Part shown: positions 1 to 9,090 of the stretch, piece by piece | Numbering within the stretch: position 1 is the stretch's first letter | How the letters are laid out: each line of letters begins with the position of its first letter | DNA from: Candidatus Thorarchaeota archaeon | Lineage (GTDB): Archaea > Asgardarchaeota > Thorarchaeia > Thorarchaeales > Thorarchaeaceae | Direction of reading: 5' to 3' | Length of the DNA: 64,000 nt | Assembly (NCBI GenBank): GCA_029855935.1 | Contig: JAGSHN010000005.1 | Coordinates: 1 to 64,000 of the forward strand | Translations under genes and position numbers: made by a program | The notes under the pieces: generated by a model | Told to the model about the DNA's origin: nothing | Database searches by the model: none | The model's input: the letters and a program-made list of their open reading frames with translations, nothing else

Positions 1-66
1 CGAAGATATAAGTGGGCAAGCAAAAAGATAAACGGCGTGAGGATAAGGTAGTTACTCGGAACTCGT

Positions 67-143
67 GGGCCGGTAGTTTAGCCTGGTAGAATGCCTCCTT
101 GGCATGGAGGAGGTCGCGAGTTCAAATCTCGCCCGGTCCACCA
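67..143 (+). tRNA. tRNA-Ala(GGC)
   Basis: Cloverleaf: acceptor GGGCCGG/CCGGTCC, anticodon arm CCTCC-TT-GGC-AT-GGAGG, T-loop TTCAAAT, encoded CCA. Confidence 0.97.
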
Positions 144-240
144 TTCCTCCTTCTTGCTCGCATAGTTCTCTCTGGCGCCGATATGGACCCAAAGTGATAT
201 GAGAATAGGAACAGCCGTCTGACTGTGAGCGTGTCCAGAG

Positions 241-798
241 ATGAGCTCGCCACCCCTCTTTGAGGAGGTCATACTCGACAATCTCAGGGGACCAGAGAGA
301 ATACTGGATGTTGGTGCGGGCGGGGAGGGCCTTGTTTCACGAATCGCCCGAACAAGAGTGTGTGCGGTCGACATTCGCGTGGACAGGATACGAGAGGCAA
401 GAATCTATGGGGCACCGGCCAACTGGATAGCCTGTGACGCACGTCATCTCTGTTTCAGGGAGGGGGCCTTCGACTATGCGACCATGTGGTTCTCGCTTGC
501 ATATATGATGACCGTGGAGACAAAGTTGCAGGTCCTGAGAGAAGTGAACAGAGTGCTGGTGAGAGGAGGCCACCTGTTGATATTGGCGATGCGGACCAGA
601 CCGGGTGAATCGGAACATACATTCCGGGCCTTGTTCAAGTTCCCAGATGGGACCGTTTCCCAGAGCGGCTATCGGGTGAGGGGAGGACAGGATCAGACGG
701 TTCAGTCCGTCTTGAGAATGGTGGAGTCCTCGGGGTTCTATGTCACCGAAATAGATGACAACGGTACTTGGTTCAGAATTCTCTCGAGGCGAGAGTAG
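241..798 (+). CDS. Class I SAM-dependent methyltransferase
   Basis: Motif I ILDVGAGGEG, AVDI, CDARHL..F..G.FD, EVNRVLVRGG. Confidence 0.85.
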   Translation: MSSPPLFEEVILDNLRGPERILDVGAGGEGLVSRIARTRVCAVDIRVDRIREARIYGAPANWIACDARHLCFREGAFDYATMWFSLAYMMTVETKLQVLREVNRVLVRGGHLLILAMRTRPGESEHTFRALFKFPDGTVSQSGYRVRGGQDQTVQSVLRMVESSGFYVTEIDDNGTWFRILSRRE

Positions 799-880
799 GT
801 CACTTCCATACAGCAACTCCCAAAACCTTAAAGAGTGGACCAAAGTCCCCAGTGCCTCAACCCAGCCAACTACTAGGTAG

Positions 881-1405
881 ATGACTATGAGCCTCGCAAT
901 CTGGTGGCGACGCGGTAGCAAGCCAGGCCTCATCCTGATATTCTTCGGTATAGCAGGTCTGGTACAGGTGCCCGTCTTGTGGCATGCCCAGACATACATC
1001 AAGGTACTGAGCGCTGAGCTGCAGCTCGTCGTGGCGCTTGGAGCAGCTGGTGTCCTCACTGGTGCCTATGTGCTGATGGCCGAGGCCATGTATCGCTGGG
1101 CGAACATAGTGTCAAAGAGGAGAATACGACGCCGTCAGAGGGCCAAGACGGATTGGAAGACCAGACTCTCCTCACTTGCAAGGGCAACAGAGGACATGCC
1201 AGCGTTCGTTGGCGTCGGGTTGCTCACGGCACTGTTTCTGATGTTCTACTTTGTGCCGTTCGGAGTGGCCGATATCACACAGCAACCGTCCTGGCTCGCC
1301 ACCATCGCTTTTCTGGACTCGCTGTATGTATACCCCCTAGCTGTGAATATCGCAGCAATTCTGACCGCGCTTGTTGCAAGCTATGTGAATCACAAGATTC
1401 GGTGA
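881..1405 (+). CDS. Hypothetical membrane protein (about 4 TM segments, basic loop)
   Basis: Hydrophobic segments flanking KRRIRRRQRAK; upstream CTTAAA TATA-like element. Confidence 0.7.
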   Translation: MTMSLAIWWRRGSKPGLILIFFGIAGLVQVPVLWHAQTYIKVLSAELQLVVALGAAGVLTGAYVLMAEAMYRWANIVSKRRIRRRQRAKTDWKTRLSSLARATEDMPAFVGVGLLTALFLMFYFVPFGVADITQQPSWLATIAFLDSLYVYPLAVNIAAILTALVASYVNHKIR

Positions 1406-1482
1406 ACGGCACCATTCGAGATCAGCCATTACGTTTATATCCCAAAACTAGCGGAGTTGATGTTGCAGTAGGTACAACTGGA

Positions 1483-1588
1483 GCCGCGGTAGATCAGCCC
1501 GGGACACGGGGTGTATCTGCCCCTGGCGGGAGAGATCGCTCGACTGAAGATCGAGTTGTCGTGTGTTCAAATCACACCCGCGGCACCA
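1483..1588 (+). tRNA. tRNA-Phe(GAA) with 29-nt D-loop intron (1504-1532, position 20/21)
   Basis: Acceptor GCCGCGG/CCGCGGC+ACCA, D-stem GATC/GATC, anticodon arm CTCGA-CT-GAA-GA-TCGAG, T-arm GTGTG-TTCAAAT-CACAC; BHB-like central helix CCCG/CGGG with GGA and AGA bulges. Confidence 0.93.
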
Positions 1589-1715
1589 ACCCATTCTCCT
1601 GACCCTCCACGTTCGTGGGCAGGCGTCACATCATCTGTGGTATGCCTGTGACCTCTAGCCCATCACCGTATCGTTTTTGTGCCAGTCAGCTGGTCCAATC
1701 GGCCGAGGCAATCCG

Positions 1716-2159
1716 GTGACCACAGAGAGAGTGATTGTGAAAGTCAAGCTGCTCCACTCCGAAGCGAGGATGCCCACAAGAGCACGAGAGGGAGACGTCG
1801 CCTTCGACCTGTACTCCGTTGTGGAACACGTTCTCGAACCTGGTGAGAGATTTGCTGTTCCGACTGGGATAAGCGTCGAGATTCCTCCGGGCTACGAGGG
1901 CGAGGTGCGCCCCAGGAGTGGACTGGCCCTAGAGTACGGTGTCACCGTGCTCAACACACCCGGGACAATCGATAGCGGATACAGGGGAGAGGTTAAGTCG
2001 GTGCTCATCAACTTGGGCGACGAACCATTCGTCATCAAGAAGGGTATGCGAATCAGCCAGCTCGCCATTCGTCCCGTTCCCGAAGTGGAGATGGTACAGG
2101 CGGAGCAGCTGTCGGAAACGGATCGCGGCGATAGAGGGTTCGGCAGTACCGGAGCATAG
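1716..2159 (+). CDS. dut: Trimeric dUTP diphosphatase
   Basis: Motifs AFDLYS, RPRSGLA, GTIDSGYRGE, RISQL, RGDRGFGSTG; GTG start chosen at 1716. Confidence 0.95.
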   Translation: MTTERVIVKVKLLHSEARMPTRAREGDVAFDLYSVVEHVLEPGERFAVPTGISVEIPPGYEGEVRPRSGLALEYGVTVLNTPGTIDSGYRGEVKSVLINLGDEPFVIKKGMRISQLAIRPVPEVEMVQAEQLSETDRGDRGFGSTGA

Positions 2160-2168
2160 GGAGCAGTA

Positions 2169-2423
2169 TTACGCGGCACGGAGGATGTCCTCCGCCACCA
2201 CATCCAACAAGGGGTCAGCGGAAAGTCCCATAAACGAGAAATACTTTCCTCCGCACTTGATTGATACAGAGCTCGTGGTCGTTGTCGCAAGAACCCGGAG
2301 CAGCGCCTTGACGGCCTCTGATGTCCAGCCCGTCACGTCAATGAACGCCTCGCCACTCTGAATGGCCTCGCGAACGAGGCCCTCATAGACTGAGATGTCG
2401 CCATCCTCCAACGTCAATCCCAC
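2169..2423 (-). CDS. Hypothetical protein (84 aa)
   Basis: Fills the gap between dut and tRNA-Val with globular composition; no motif recognised. Confidence 0.55.
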   Translation of the reverse strand: MGLTLEDGDISVYEGLVREAIQSGEAFIDVTGWTSEAVKALLRVLATTTTSSVSIKCGGKYFSFMGLSADPLLDVVAEDILRAA

Positions 2424-2583
2424 ACTTAAGACCCGTTACGCCATCCTTTTCCGATTCCAAAGCGGCACAGGTGTACGGTCCTTCGTGTGCCCAACCCTAT
2501 TTAAGTAGCCACGACGGCAGCCCCTCTGCTCAATGGCGCAATGTTTTTAATCGCCCTGCATCCAACAGCTGAGGAAGGACAAT

Positions 2584-2661
2584 GGGCCGGTGGTCTAGCC
2601 CGGCTATGATACCGCATTGACAGTGCGGTGGTCGCTGGTTCAAATCCGGCCCGGCCCACCA
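2584..2661 (+). tRNA. tRNA-Val(GAC)
   Basis: GGGCCGG/CCGGCCC acceptor, CCGCA-TT-GAC-AG-TGCGG, TTCAAAT, CCA; TTTTTAA TATA about 35 nt upstream. Confidence 0.97.
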
Positions 2662-2676
2662 CTGTTTCTCCGAGAA

Positions 2677-3198
2677 CTAGAAAAACATCCCAGCACGCTG
2701 TGGGTACTTCTCACTGAAAAGCCTCCGTGCCTCCCTGTCAAGATCATCCCTCAGGCGCCTGAGCACCGAGTCGGACGATGTCAGGTCAGGACGCGTGAGA
2801 ACGGGACCGCTGAGGATATGCTTGTGCTTCCGAATATCAGTGAGGGGAATCGGCCTTCGTTGAAGGACTTGGGATAGGACCTCGGGGGACCGTGTCTGCT
2901 GGTCAACAGCATCGACTATGGCGCGCAGGTCGGCCTCCTCCAGAGGACGAAGTCCGAAGGTCACTCTATGACCGAGTGATGAAATGGCATCCAGATCACG
3001 TGGTATCTCTGTCCCAACACCAGTGAACTGAAAGGGGCTCAGCGGAATCAGACGCAACTGGAAGGCGCTCTCAGGACCAATTACAATCATATCGCCATCT
3101 AACGTATTGAGCACGTGCCATCCACTGGGTCGCTTGGAATACTCGTGCATGATCTGCTCGATGAGTTCCTCAGCCGGTTCAAAGCCCTCCGATTTCAT
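2677..3198 (-). CDS. Hypothetical protein (173 aa)
   Basis: Clean ATG ORF; motifs FTGVG and FGLRPL resemble an uncharacterised archaeal family. Confidence 0.75.
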   Translation of the reverse strand: MKSEGFEPAEELIEQIMHEYSKRPSGWHVLNTLDGDMIVIGPESAFQLRLIPLSPFQFTGVGTEIPRDLDAISSLGHRVTFGLRPLEEADLRAIVDAVDQQTRSPEVLSQVLQRRPIPLTDIRKHKHILSGPVLTRPDLTSSDSVLRRLRDDLDREARRLFSEKYPQRAGMFF

Positions 3199-3311
3199 AC
3201 TATAGAATCGAGTACAGACGAACCCTCATATGCCTATTGGTCGCTCCCGGGCCGGACCTGTTGCCCCCACTACGTGAGGTCGTGTTTATGCTGATGCAGC
3301 GCGGAATGCTC

Positions 3312-3692
3312 TCAGATTCTTGCTGACAGTACCTGGCCCAGTGGGCGCCCCGTGTCAAGTGTTCCCTGCACCACGGGGGCCGGCGTGTCAAGCTGCTCGA
3401 CAATTCCTGCGAGAAGGAGATGGATGTCCTCAGACTGCTCGCTCCACTCTCGCGACAGGTCGCGGAGATCGTGATAGTCTATCACGCACTTGAAGGTCAG
3501 AGGCATACCACGGACAGGTACTCCGACTGCCATCAGAGTTATTCTCCGGAGCCGACCTCGATCGTCCTGAAAGGGGCCGTTGAAGTACTCGGGAGCAAAC
3601 GTCACAAGAGCTGCATCACGCGCAAATCTGCGAAAGTCCTCTATGTCGTCCACCACGATTGGGGGGATGTAGACGCGGTTCTCTGTACTCAT
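3312..3692 (-). CDS. Hypothetical protein (126 aa)
   Basis: ATG preceded by SD-like GGTGA; lies downstream of a TATA box and hairpin leader. Confidence 0.75.
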   Translation of the reverse strand: MSTENRVYIPPIVVDDIEDFRRFARDAALVTFAPEYFNGPFQDDRGRLRRITLMAVGVPVRGMPLTFKCVIDYHDLRDLSREWSEQSEDIHLLLAGIVEQLDTPAPVVQGTLDTGRPLGQVLSARI

Positions 3693-3820
3693 CCTGTTTC
3701 ACCACATTGCGATTCCAGTCGAAGCCCCCCCACCCCTCCGTTTCCTATGGAGGGATTCTGGGGGATCGGCCTCGACTAGGCCTCCCGGCCAGTATGTCAA
3801 CACATAATGAGAGTACCTAA

Positions 3821-3875
3821 TCCTATATAAATATATCGTATTAGTTATTCTTTTCGCACCATATCGAAATAAATA
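3821..3875 (-). promoter_or_regulatory. AT-rich promoter/operator region (TTTATATA TATA box on minus strand)
   Basis: Most AT-rich island nearby; TATA at about 3823-3831; TTTCG-N8-CGAAA inverted repeat at 3852-3869. Confidence 0.55.
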
Positions 3876-3960
3876 GGCTAGAACAGGTGTTCTAAGGGAG
3901 CACCGGACTGTGTAGGATGTTAGGCGGTCAGACGCAAGAGTGAGAACAAACTGATAGACT

Positions 3961-4416
3961 TCAGAAGGTTTCGCACACGCGTCGGATTCGCTTGATCTGA
4001 ATGAACTTGGTGTGCGCAAAGTACTGAAAGAGCCTGCTCACAATCTCAGAGTGCGAACGTGCTGCAATCGACAGAAAGAATGTGTACGCCTTTATCTCCT
4101 GTTCAAGAGCCTTGTTGCAGACGAACAGGCGTGGATCTGTCTCTGCGCGCACCAAGTCGAAAGGAGTTGGGTCGGGGTCCTCCTCAAAATCGATGTGAGC
4201 GGCGGTGTCAACAGCCTCCACAATTCCTCGAGCGAGCATCTCCTCGATTCTGCCCGCAAGTTCCTCTTCCTGTTCGGCCAGTACTGTCAACAGGGCACGG
4301 ACAGTTGTCGTCTGCGCGACACGGGCAGCATCGCTATAGAACTTGTAGTGATTCAGCACCGTGGCAAGGGCAAGCCGAAGCATGTGCTTGATGGGTGTAT
4401 AGTCTTCTTGCTTCAT
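3961..4416 (-). CDS. Ferritin-like/rubrerythrin-family protein (degenerate ligands)
   Basis: Two helix-pair repeats (YKFYSDAA..LAEQEEE; ALEQEIKAYTFF..LFQYFA); start overlaps pyrE stop (ATGA). Confidence 0.75.
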   Translation of the reverse strand: MKQEDYTPIKHMLRLALATVLNHYKFYSDAARVAQTTTVRALLTVLAEQEEELAGRIEEMLARGIVEAVDTAAHIDFEEDPDPTPFDLVRAETDPRLFVCNKALEQEIKAYTFFLSIAARSHSEIVSRLFQYFAHTKFIQIKRIRRVCETF

Positions 4417-5165
4417 CTCACACAGATAGGCAACTGGCTGGTGAAATCACTTTCGCTGGTCAGCACCTTCTCGCCAAGATACTCGCTGATGATGGAGTAC
4501 TCTGAAGGGTCCATGACGTCCCGTATCATAGGCAACCCCTCGCTGGCAAACCGGATGAGAGTGTGAAGATGTATCCCCGCCTCTTGGGCGCGCTGTGAGG
4601 CACCCTGCTCACGATCAATTATCACAGCAACATCATCACATCGAACATCCTGTAGGCCTCTCCGGCTGACCTCCGCAAGAACCTGCGACCGCGCCACGAC
4701 TTTGCTCTCCAGTCCGGTGACGAGATCATCGACAAGACAGAGGACGTCACCATCCTCTATCACACCCTCAACAAGCGAGTGTTGACCGTACTCCCTGAGA
4801 AATTGGGCCAGGTCGGCCTCGCTGCGGATGCCAGCAAGCTTCCTCGTATGACACGCGGGAATCCCGGATGCGAGCGACACTGCAGTGGCGAGGGGGACTC
4901 CAGCAAAGGCGATTCCGACAAGCCTGTTGACGTGCGGGGCCTCCTCCCGGATCATCGTAGCTAGGGCTTTTCCCGCATCGCGAAGGACATCAGGAAAGGA
5001 ACAGATGATACGTAGCTGGAGGTAGAAGGGGCTCCACACCCCTGACACCAAGCGCCAGCCCTCGGGGCGATCTCTGACAGAGGTCAGGAGCATCCTTTTG
5101 GAGTAGATTGCGTGCATCAATCGCGATTTGATCTCGGTCAGTGAGCCGTCTGTTGTCGTGTTCAT
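4413..5165 (-). CDS. pyrE: Orotate phosphoribosyltransferase
   Basis: LVSGVWSPFY, GIAFAGVP, PRPP motif CLVDDLVTG, IIDREQGA; start trimmed to MNTTT. Confidence 0.85.
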   Translation of the reverse strand: MNTTTDGSLTEIKSRLMHAIYSKRMLLTSVRDRPEGWRLVSGVWSPFYLQLRIICSFPDVLRDAGKALATMIREEAPHVNRLVGIAFAGVPLATAVSLASGIPACHTRKLAGIRSEADLAQFLREYGQHSLVEGVIEDGDVLCLVDDLVTGLESKVVARSQVLAEVSRRGLQDVRCDDVAVIIDREQGASQRAQEAGIHLHTLIRFASEGLPMIRDVMDPSEYSIISEYLGEKVLTSESDFTSQLPICVR

Positions 5166-5247
5166 TGCTGTGACATTTGAGGAGGCACCACCACAATAAC
5201 GTTTCGATTCATCCCTCGTCGTGTTGTCGGAGTGACTACAATGATAA

Positions 5248-6183
5248 GTGAACGTCTGCATACTCGAAACTATGGAAGAACGCGACCTGCGACAATGGCT
5301 CACTGAGAACGCAGGACCAGTGATTCGATTCCGTACCGTCGTAGACCTGAGCCGCTCCCGCGATATTGGAATGGTCAGCCATGTTCTAGACCAACTGCTG
5401 ACCACGCCCGTGCTGAACGTGTGGCTCGAACGGCTCAGGCGACGACTCACCCCTGGAGATGTGTGGTCGACCAGTCCAGACAGTCTCTCCAACGTAATGG
5501 GCAAGCTCGTTCAACTCGGGATGCGTGCTGGCCTGCAACCGTTCGACAACCTTACCCTTCCAATGAGGGCGTGGTTGACGGATGTCATAGAGGCCGACGA
5601 GAAGCGAAGACTCTCCATCACCAGAGAGATGGTCGTCGTTGCCTGCTTCCTAGCGTTTGCAGGATATTCGGAGATCAAGTACGTCAGAGAGATACTCACT
5701 GCGCGGCTGGGTGAACTGTATCGACAGATAGCCACAGAAACATACGGGGAGAGGCGTCCGCGTATGAGCTTGGTAGAGTTGATGGGGATTGCCAGCTCTG
5801 AGCACATAATGAGAGATGGCAATCTGCGGATGCAGGCGGAAACACTGGTTGAGGAGGTGCTCGACGGAGAATATGGTGACGTGGTACCTGACGTAGATGG
5901 AAGGATTGCACCTCTGCTTGTCGCATTGGAGTTTCTGCCACGCTTTCAGGCTGTGAGGGAGAGCACTTGGTTGCAGAGGGCACTCGAGCGGCTAGAACAG
6001 GGGCGGACTATGGAGAACACGTACGACTTCTCTGAGGGGGAGCTCCCGGAGAGGGAGAGGGGGCATTGGCTTCACGGTGACTTCATGGCCTATGACAGCC
6101 GGGAGTCTGTCCCGCGAGCAACTGAGTGCGAGTCGACATTTCGTGTGCTGTATATCGATAGAGTGATCTCCGATCGTATCTGA
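5248..6183 (+). CDS. Hypothetical alpha-helical protein (possible prenyltransferase-like repeat family)
   Basis: 311-aa ORF divergent from pyrE; N-terminal WLTENAGPVIRFRT; family assignment is tentative. Confidence 0.7.
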   Translation: MNVCILETMEERDLRQWLTENAGPVIRFRTVVDLSRSRDIGMVSHVLDQLLTTPVLNVWLERLRRRLTPGDVWSTSPDSLSNVMGKLVQLGMRAGLQPFDNLTLPMRAWLTDVIEADEKRRLSITREMVVVACFLAFAGYSEIKYVREILTARLGELYRQIATETYGERRPRMSLVELMGIASSEHIMRDGNLRMQAETLVEEVLDGEYGDVVPDVDGRIAPLLVALEFLPRFQAVRESTWLQRALERLEQGRTMENTYDFSEGELPERERGHWLHGDFMAYDSRESVPRATECESTFRVLYIDRVISDRI

Positions 6184-6325
6184 TCAATGCGGAGAGTCGT
6201 GAGTTTCACCCATTGGCCAGGTCACCGACTGCGGAGATATCAGTACATGTCTGGTCGACACTTTGCGCAGAGCACGGCTGTGCGACAAACTTTTTAACCC
6301 TCTCAGTAGCGCCCCTCCCGTGACT

Positions 6326-6400
6326 GCGCCCGTTGTCTAGGGGCTATGATGGCTGCCTGCCACGCAGCCGGCCCGGGTTCGAATCCCGGCGGGCGCACCA
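6326..6400 (+). tRNA. tRNA-Gly(GCC)
   Basis: GCGCCCG/CGGGCGC, GCTGC-CT-GCC-AC-GCAGC, TTCGAAT, CCA. Confidence 0.97.
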
Positions 6401-6535
6401 TCTCCTGATTCTTTGCTCTGTACGCCAGACCGACAAATAGGACTCTACGTAGTGGGGGCTGACCCTAGACAGCAACATCTATTGCTCTCTCGTACGTCTC
6501 AGGATGACATTAGTAATCTCAGGAGTCACGGTCTG

Positions 6536-6976
6536 ATGAACAATGGCAGGATAACCGTTCTGTTCATCTGTACGGGAAACTCTGCTCGGAGCCAGATGGC
6601 AGAGGCTCTGCTGAGGACGATGGGGGGCGATCGATTCGTGGTGATGAGTGGGGGCACGGAGATTCAGAGCAGGGTGAATGAGTTCGCACTTAGAGTCCTC
6701 GAGGAGAGGGGAATTGACACGACTGGACTCCGTCCCAAGAGGGTTGACTCAGTCTACGGGCAGCACTTCAACATCGTCGTCACAGTCTGCGACTTGGCCA
6801 AGGAAACCTGCCCTGTCTTTCCCTCTGCGGACGAGATGTTGCATTGGTCAATAGAGGACCCTGCAGCATACAATGGCACGTATTTTGACATACTTACCAA
6901 GTTCAGGGAGGTGTGCGATGAGATAGAGAGAAGAATTCGCGAGGAGATCATCTCAAGGCGAGAGGGAGAACACTAG
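6536..6976 (+). CDS. arsC: Arsenate reductase ArsC / LMW-PTP family
   Basis: P-loop CTGNSARSQMAE, redox Cys pair VTVCD..ETCP, HWSIEDP. Confidence 0.9.
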   Translation: MNNGRITVLFICTGNSARSQMAEALLRTMGGDRFVVMSGGTEIQSRVNEFALRVLEERGIDTTGLRPKRVDSVYGQHFNIVVTVCDLAKETCPVFPSADEMLHWSIEDPAAYNGTYFDILTKFREVCDEIERRIREEIISRREGEH

Positions 6977-8985
6977 GTGTTCTCGACCCAAGCAAACTTC
7001 CGCTGTAGTGTCTTGGAGTACACCTTGCGCCAGTCGAGGTCCACCTTGTTGCACCAGTTGTATACAATCTTTGGGTGCACGTAGGACTTGAGCGACGTAC
7101 CGAGATTCCAAGTACGACACTCTCTCGCGATGGCAAAGTTTGTTTCCACCTTCTTTTTTGCAAGACGGGCCTTCTCAAGCGCCGCCCTGGCACACTCTAC
7201 TCCTCTCTTCGCCTTGTCAATGCGTTCTTCCGACTTCTCCTTGAAGACCTCAAGCTCCTTCCGCTTCTTGTCGAGCTGTTCGCGCGCCGCCGCATAGCGC
7301 GCCCTCGCAGTTGCCAGAGCCTGCTCTGCCCGCTCCAGACTCGCTCTTGCCTTTGTGACTCGTTCTCTGGCCTTGGCGATACGCTCCTTCTTTGTCGTCT
7401 TGGATCTGCGTCCCCGGCTTGCGCGAACCTCTCTGAGATGCTCTCTCGCGCGAGCTAGGGCCTCCTGTTTCCTGTTGCGTTGCTCGCGCCTTGCCTCGAC
7501 CTTCTGTCTGGCCCTCTCCACACGAGCCCGAAATTTCTCGATGGCGACTCTCTTCTTATTGAGTAGGGTGCGCTCCTTCTTTCTGCGCTCCGCCAGCCTC
7601 CTCTTCGCGTCAGCAAGCCGCCTCTCAGCCTTCTTGATGCGCTCCTCGGCCCTCACGATTCTCAGTCTGTATCGTTCCTCGGTCTTCGGCCAGCCCTTCG
7701 GAGCCTGCTTTGTGTGATTCATCACCCGTGCAACCTCAAGATTAGCGCGCTTGAAGGCCGCCTTCTTCATGAACTCAGGGTCCTTCTTTCTCACCTGTGA
7801 CCGTGACAGCCTGTCGCGCATCGTGACGGTCGCATGATGTGTTCGGAACATCTTCGCAGTCAATCCGGGAACAGCTCTGCTGAGGAACCTGTTCACGTGA
7901 GAGCTGCCAATGTGGGGAAATATCTGCGCGACCTTCTTGGGATCTGCGGATGTATCAGAGGGATGCGACCGTCTGAAGTCCTCAAGACGCTCCTTTGCCC
8001 TCTCATAGAGCTCTCGAAAGACGCTCATCACGTCAGGTGGCATCTCAAGTTCTTTGTGCCACGGGACGCTATCCTTTCCCAGAAAGTCAAAGACTATGGA
8101 GTCCCTCTTGAATGTCAGATGCTCCACTCTCAGAGTGGTGGCACCGACCGTGTCAGCCTCATCAGGGTCCTTCTCATCACCGACCCGAAGACTCAGTCTG
8201 TCTATGAGATAACAGGCGGCCGCGACCTCTCGTGTCCGTGGGTCGCTGCTTTTCAGGCCATCCATTATGTGCTGCCGAATCACGTCCATCTTTGACTCAA
8301 GCCTGAGAGCCTTGTCGAACTTCTCGGCCTCGCGACTCTGCTTGATGGGTGTGCTGTCGTGCAACCAGATGTACTTGGTCTTCCCCGTCAGCTTGTCCTT
8401 CCACTTTGCAATCCACATACAGTCGGGCGCCCAGACTACATCGCCCCAGTTTCCCGGTGGCACCTCCGCCTCAGGATCGAGATTGAGCGTGATGTCCTCG
8501 TGACGCGCACCCTCCTTCCAGCGGCCGCGCAAGGGATGCTTGCCACGTCCCATAAAGATACTCGACGGCTCCGTCATATATGTCGCGAGCTCCATCATCT
8601 CGCCGTCGACGATTGCGTAGCCATACTGCTCTTTCAGACGCTCTCGTTCTGCCTTGCGTCGTTCACGTGCTGCCTTCTTCTCTTCCTTGGTCATAGACTC
8701 CCGAGCGGCACGTTCTGCCTCCACAAACTCGATGACCTCGGAAAAGTCCACCTCGTCGACAGACAGTGGCGGGTTAAAGCCGAGAGCGGCACTGAAGTCC
8801 TTCATGAAATTGCTGACAAAGACGGGGTCCTCCACGTAGGGCGTGCCGAGCTTCTTCACCCAAGCAATCGCCATCTGTTCCTGAATCCGATTGAGCCGAA
8901 TCCTCTTTCCACGGACCGTAATCGACAGACCGTGTGGCTCTGGAGGCTCTATGACAAGGATTCCATTGTGTCGAAGTGTTTCCAT
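6973..8985 (-). CDS. DNA topoisomerase IB (eukaryote-type) with long coiled-coil linker
   Basis: Catalytic set LRVGDEKD, FLGKDS, KMFRT, MNH, SLKSY; FMGRGKHP; start METLRHNG (the listed longer ORF runs into tRNA-Gly). Confidence 0.95.
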   Translation of the reverse strand: METLRHNGILVIEPPEPHGLSITVRGKRIRLNRIQEQMAIAWVKKLGTPYVEDPVFVSNFMKDFSAALGFNPPLSVDEVDFSEVIEFVEAERAARESMTKEEKKAARERRKAERERLKEQYGYAIVDGEMMELATYMTEPSSIFMGRGKHPLRGRWKEGARHEDITLNLDPEAEVPPGNWGDVVWAPDCMWIAKWKDKLTGKTKYIWLHDSTPIKQSREAEKFDKALRLESKMDVIRQHIMDGLKSSDPRTREVAAACYLIDRLSLRVGDEKDPDEADTVGATTLRVEHLTFKRDSIVFDFLGKDSVPWHKELEMPPDVMSVFRELYERAKERLEDFRRSHPSDTSADPKKVAQIFPHIGSSHVNRFLSRAVPGLTAKMFRTHHATVTMRDRLSRSQVRKKDPEFMKKAAFKRANLEVARVMNHTKQAPKGWPKTEERYRLRIVRAEERIKKAERRLADAKRRLAERRKKERTLLNKKRVAIEKFRARVERARQKVEARREQRNRKQEALARAREHLREVRASRGRRSKTTKKERIAKARERVTKARASLERAEQALATARARYAAAREQLDKKRKELEVFKEKSEERIDKAKRGVECARAALEKARLAKKKVETNFAIARECRTWNLGTSLKSYVHPKIVYNWCNKVDLDWRKVYSKTLQRKFAWVENT

Positions 8986-9090
8986 CTGGGTACCCCGCGA
9001 TGAAGAACAATGGTTATCAGTGCGGCAGCCGGTCATGATATGAGGCGCTGTGATGCCACGATCTCCGTCCAGACCAAAGCGGATACCAAG

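Noticed and set aside
5166-5504. Long N-terminus of the 363-aa pyrE ORF (similarly for gcvPA, nep1, arsC, rio1)
   Set aside because: Low-complexity read-back overlapping divergent genes or promoters; starts were trimmed
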